A stretch of DNA of 64,000 nucleotides from an uncultured Formosa sp. (lineage in GTDB: Bacteria; Bacteroidota; Bacteroidia; Flavobacteriales; Flavobacteriaceae): positions 187,791 through 251,790 of the forward strand of contig CAJXDP010000001.1 of the NCBI GenBank assembly GCA_913052445.1, read 5' to 3'. This document shows positions 61,979-64,000 of the stretch, piece by piece. Every line of letters starts with the position of its first letter. The stretch's first letter is position 1. The notes under the pieces are model-generated. The model saw only the letters and a program-made list of their open reading frames with translations. It searched no databases and had not been told where the DNA came from. The translations under genes were made by a program, and so were the position numbers.

Positions 61979-63595
61979 ATGTTATCAGTTTCAAACTTAT
62001 CAGTACAATTTGGCAAGCGTGTTCTCTTTGATGAAGTAAACACTTCTTTCAACTCCGGAAATTGTTATGGAATTATCGGGGCCAACGGAGCTGGGAAATC
62101 AACTTTTCTAAAAATCTTAGCTGGTGTTCTAGATCCAACTTCTGGTCATGTTCATTTGGAACCAGGGAAACGTATGTCTATTCTTGAACAAAACCACAAC
62201 CTATATGATGAAAATAATGTTTTAGAAACTGTTATTATTGGAAACAAACCCCTGTTTGAAATAAAATCAGAAATAGATGCCCTATATAATGACTATTCAG
62301 ACAAAAATGCAGACCGTATTGGAGAACTCCAAGTAAAGTTTGAAGAAATGAACGGATGGAATGCAGATAGTGATGCAGCATCAATGCTTTCAAACTTAGG
62401 TATTAAAGAAGAACACCATTACAATCTAATGAAAGATATGGATGGTAAACAAAAGGTCCGGGTGTTATTGGCTCAAGCCTTGTTTGGTTCTCCGGATGTT
62501 TTAATAATGGATGAGCCTACTAATGATTTAGACTATGAAACGATTACTTGGCTCGAGAATTTTTTAGCTAACTACGACAACTGTGTTATAGTTGTCTCTC
62601 ACGATCGTCACTTTTTAGACTCAGTTTGTACACATATATCTGATATTGATTTTAATAAAATCAACCATTTTTCTGGTAACTATACATTTTGGTATGAATC
62701 TTCTCAATTAGCTGCTAAACAACGAGCACAGCAAAACAAGAAGTCTGAAGACAAAAAGAAAGAATTAGAAGAATTTATTCGACGTTTTTCAGCTAATGTT
62801 GCTAAATCAAAACAAGCAACTAGCAGAAAGAAAATGATTGATAAATTGGATGTTACCGATATCCGTCCTTCCAGCAGACGCTATCCTGCAATTATTTTTG
62901 AACGTGACCGTGAAGCGGGTGATCAAATATTAAATATTGATAAACTCGCTTTTGACTTAGAAGGTGAAACACTTTTTGATAAAATAGATTTTAATTTAAA
63001 TAAAGGGGACAAGGTCGTTGTCTACTCTAAAGATTCTCGTGCAACCTCTGTATTTTATGATATTATTAATTCTAATTTTAAAGCTAAATCTGGTAAATTC
63101 CAATGGGGTGTTACTACATCTCAGTCTTATTTACCATTAGATAATAGTAATTTTTTTAATGAGCCTATGAGTCTAGTAGATTGGTTGCGTCAGTGGGCAA
63201 AAACTGAAGAAGAGCGTGAAGAAGTTCATATTCGTGGTTTTTTAGGAAAAATGATTTTTAGTGGAGAGGAAGCACTCAAACTATCTAACGTATTATCAGG
63301 AGGAGAAAAAGTACGTTGTATGTTATCTAGAATGATGATGATACGCGCCAATGTCCTGATGCTTGATGAGCCTACTAATCACCTAGATTTAGAAAGTATT
63401 ACCGCATTCAACAATTCACTTAAGAACTTTAAGGGAACAGTAATATTTACTACACATGATCATGAGTTTGCTCAAACACTAGCTAATAGAGTCATAGAAC
63501 TAACTCCTAAAGGCGTCATTGACCGCTACACTTCTTTTGATGAATATATGCAAGATTCTAAAATTAAGGAATTACGTTCAAAGATGTACTCTTGA
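61979..63595 (+). CDS. ABC-F family ribosome-associated ATPase (YbiT/YkpA-like)
   Basis: Two NBDs and no TM domain; GANGAGKS, DEPTNDLD, linker FSANVAKSKQATSRKK, LSGGEKVR, DEPTNHLD; TACTTTTG box at 61953-61960. Confidence 0.92.
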   Translation: MLSVSNLSVQFGKRVLFDEVNTSFNSGNCYGIIGANGAGKSTFLKILAGVLDPTSGHVHLEPGKRMSILEQNHNLYDENNVLETVIIGNKPLFEIKSEIDALYNDYSDKNADRIGELQVKFEEMNGWNADSDAASMLSNLGIKEEHHYNLMKDMDGKQKVRVLLAQALFGSPDVLIMDEPTNDLDYETITWLENFLANYDNCVIVVSHDRHFLDSVCTHISDIDFNKINHFSGNYTFWYESSQLAAKQRAQQNKKSEDKKKELEEFIRRFSANVAKSKQATSRKKMIDKLDVTDIRPSSRRYPAIIFERDREAGDQILNIDKLAFDLEGETLFDKIDFNLNKGDKVVVYSKDSRATSVFYDIINSNFKAKSGKFQWGVTTSQSYLPLDNSNFFNEPMSLVDWLRQWAKTEEEREEVHIRGFLGKMIFSGEEALKLSNVLSGGEKVRCMLSRMMMIRANVLMLDEPTNHLDLESITAFNNSLKNFKGTVIFTTHDHEFAQTLANRVIELTPKGVIDRYTSFDEYMQDSKIKELRSKMYS

Positions 63596-63655
63596 AAACT
63601 AACAATTATATAAAAATTAATTTATAAAATTATTACTAAAGCAGAAGTATATTAA

Positions 63656-64000
63656 CTAGCTGTTTAGCATGACAGGCATGACTAACATTGTAACTGTTTC
63701 TCCCTCATCTAATCCATCTATAGGAGTTAAAATCCCAGCACGATTTGGTAAACTCATCTCTAATTGTACGTTATCAGCATTTAAGTTGCCTAACATTTCA
63801 GATAAAAATCTAGAATTGAATCCAATTTGCATATCATCTCCTTGGTAGTCACAAGTAAGACGTTCTTCAGCTTTGTTACTGTAGTCTATATCTTCTGCAG
63901 AAATATTTAGTTCGGCTCCTGCAATTTTTAATCGAATTTGGTGTGTGGTTTTGTTAGAAAATATCGAAACCCTTTTGACAGAATTTAAAAATTGATTACG
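63656..64000 (-). CDS. dnaN: DNA polymerase III beta clamp, 3' portion (runs off the window; absent from the ORF track)
   Basis: Manual translation: ...VKRVSIFSNKTTHQIRL...MQIGFNSRFLSEML...PNRAGIL...MLVMPVMLNS*. Confidence 0.93.
   Translation of the reverse strand, partial: RNQFLNSVKRVSIFSNKTTHQIRLKIAGAELNISAEDIDYSNKAEERLTCDYQGDDMQIGFNSRFLSEMLGNLNADNVQLEMSLPNRAGILTPIDGLDEGETVTMLVMPVMLNS

Noticed and set aside
1-64000. CRISPR arrays, tRNA/rRNA genes, transposases, prophage, riboswitches
   Set aside because: No regularly spaced repeats, cloverleafs, integrase/transposase motifs or recognisable riboswitch cores were seen by eye; a covariance-model scan was not possible

Overview
This is a very AT-rich (roughly 30% GC by eye), gene-dense piece of core chromosome from a Bacteroidota bacterium, most likely a Flavobacteriaceae. 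The assignment rests on gldI, the cyclophilin-FKBP fusion, TAnnTTTG -7 promoters and Flavobacteria-like gene order. The window holds about 55 mostly housekeeping CDSs for replication and repair (recF, mutL, parAB, holA, dnaX, ftsK, partial dnaN), envelope biogenesis (lepB, lolA, lptF/G, kdsB, rhomboids) and metabolism (methylmalonyl-CoA mutase, thrABC, glyA, gcvT, ribH, ribB, pdxH, tal). Two RNA genes missed by the ORF track are present: RNase P RNA and SRP RNA. I saw no mobile elements, prophage, CRISPR, tRNA or rRNA. The best leads are: (1) a split kdnA/kdnB 8-amino-Kdo LPS pathway in which an intact CAT-fold acetyltransferase sits between kdsB and kdnB; (2) an A10G slippery site in dnaX with stops close behind in both shifted frames (tau/gamma recoding); (3) motif-level degeneracies in the ABC-F protein, MutL, RibB(X) and a TlpA-like protein; (4) an Ile/Thr-containing leader ORF before thrA; (5) probable leaderless or bidirectional promoters. 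All family calls come from motif recognition; no database searches were run.
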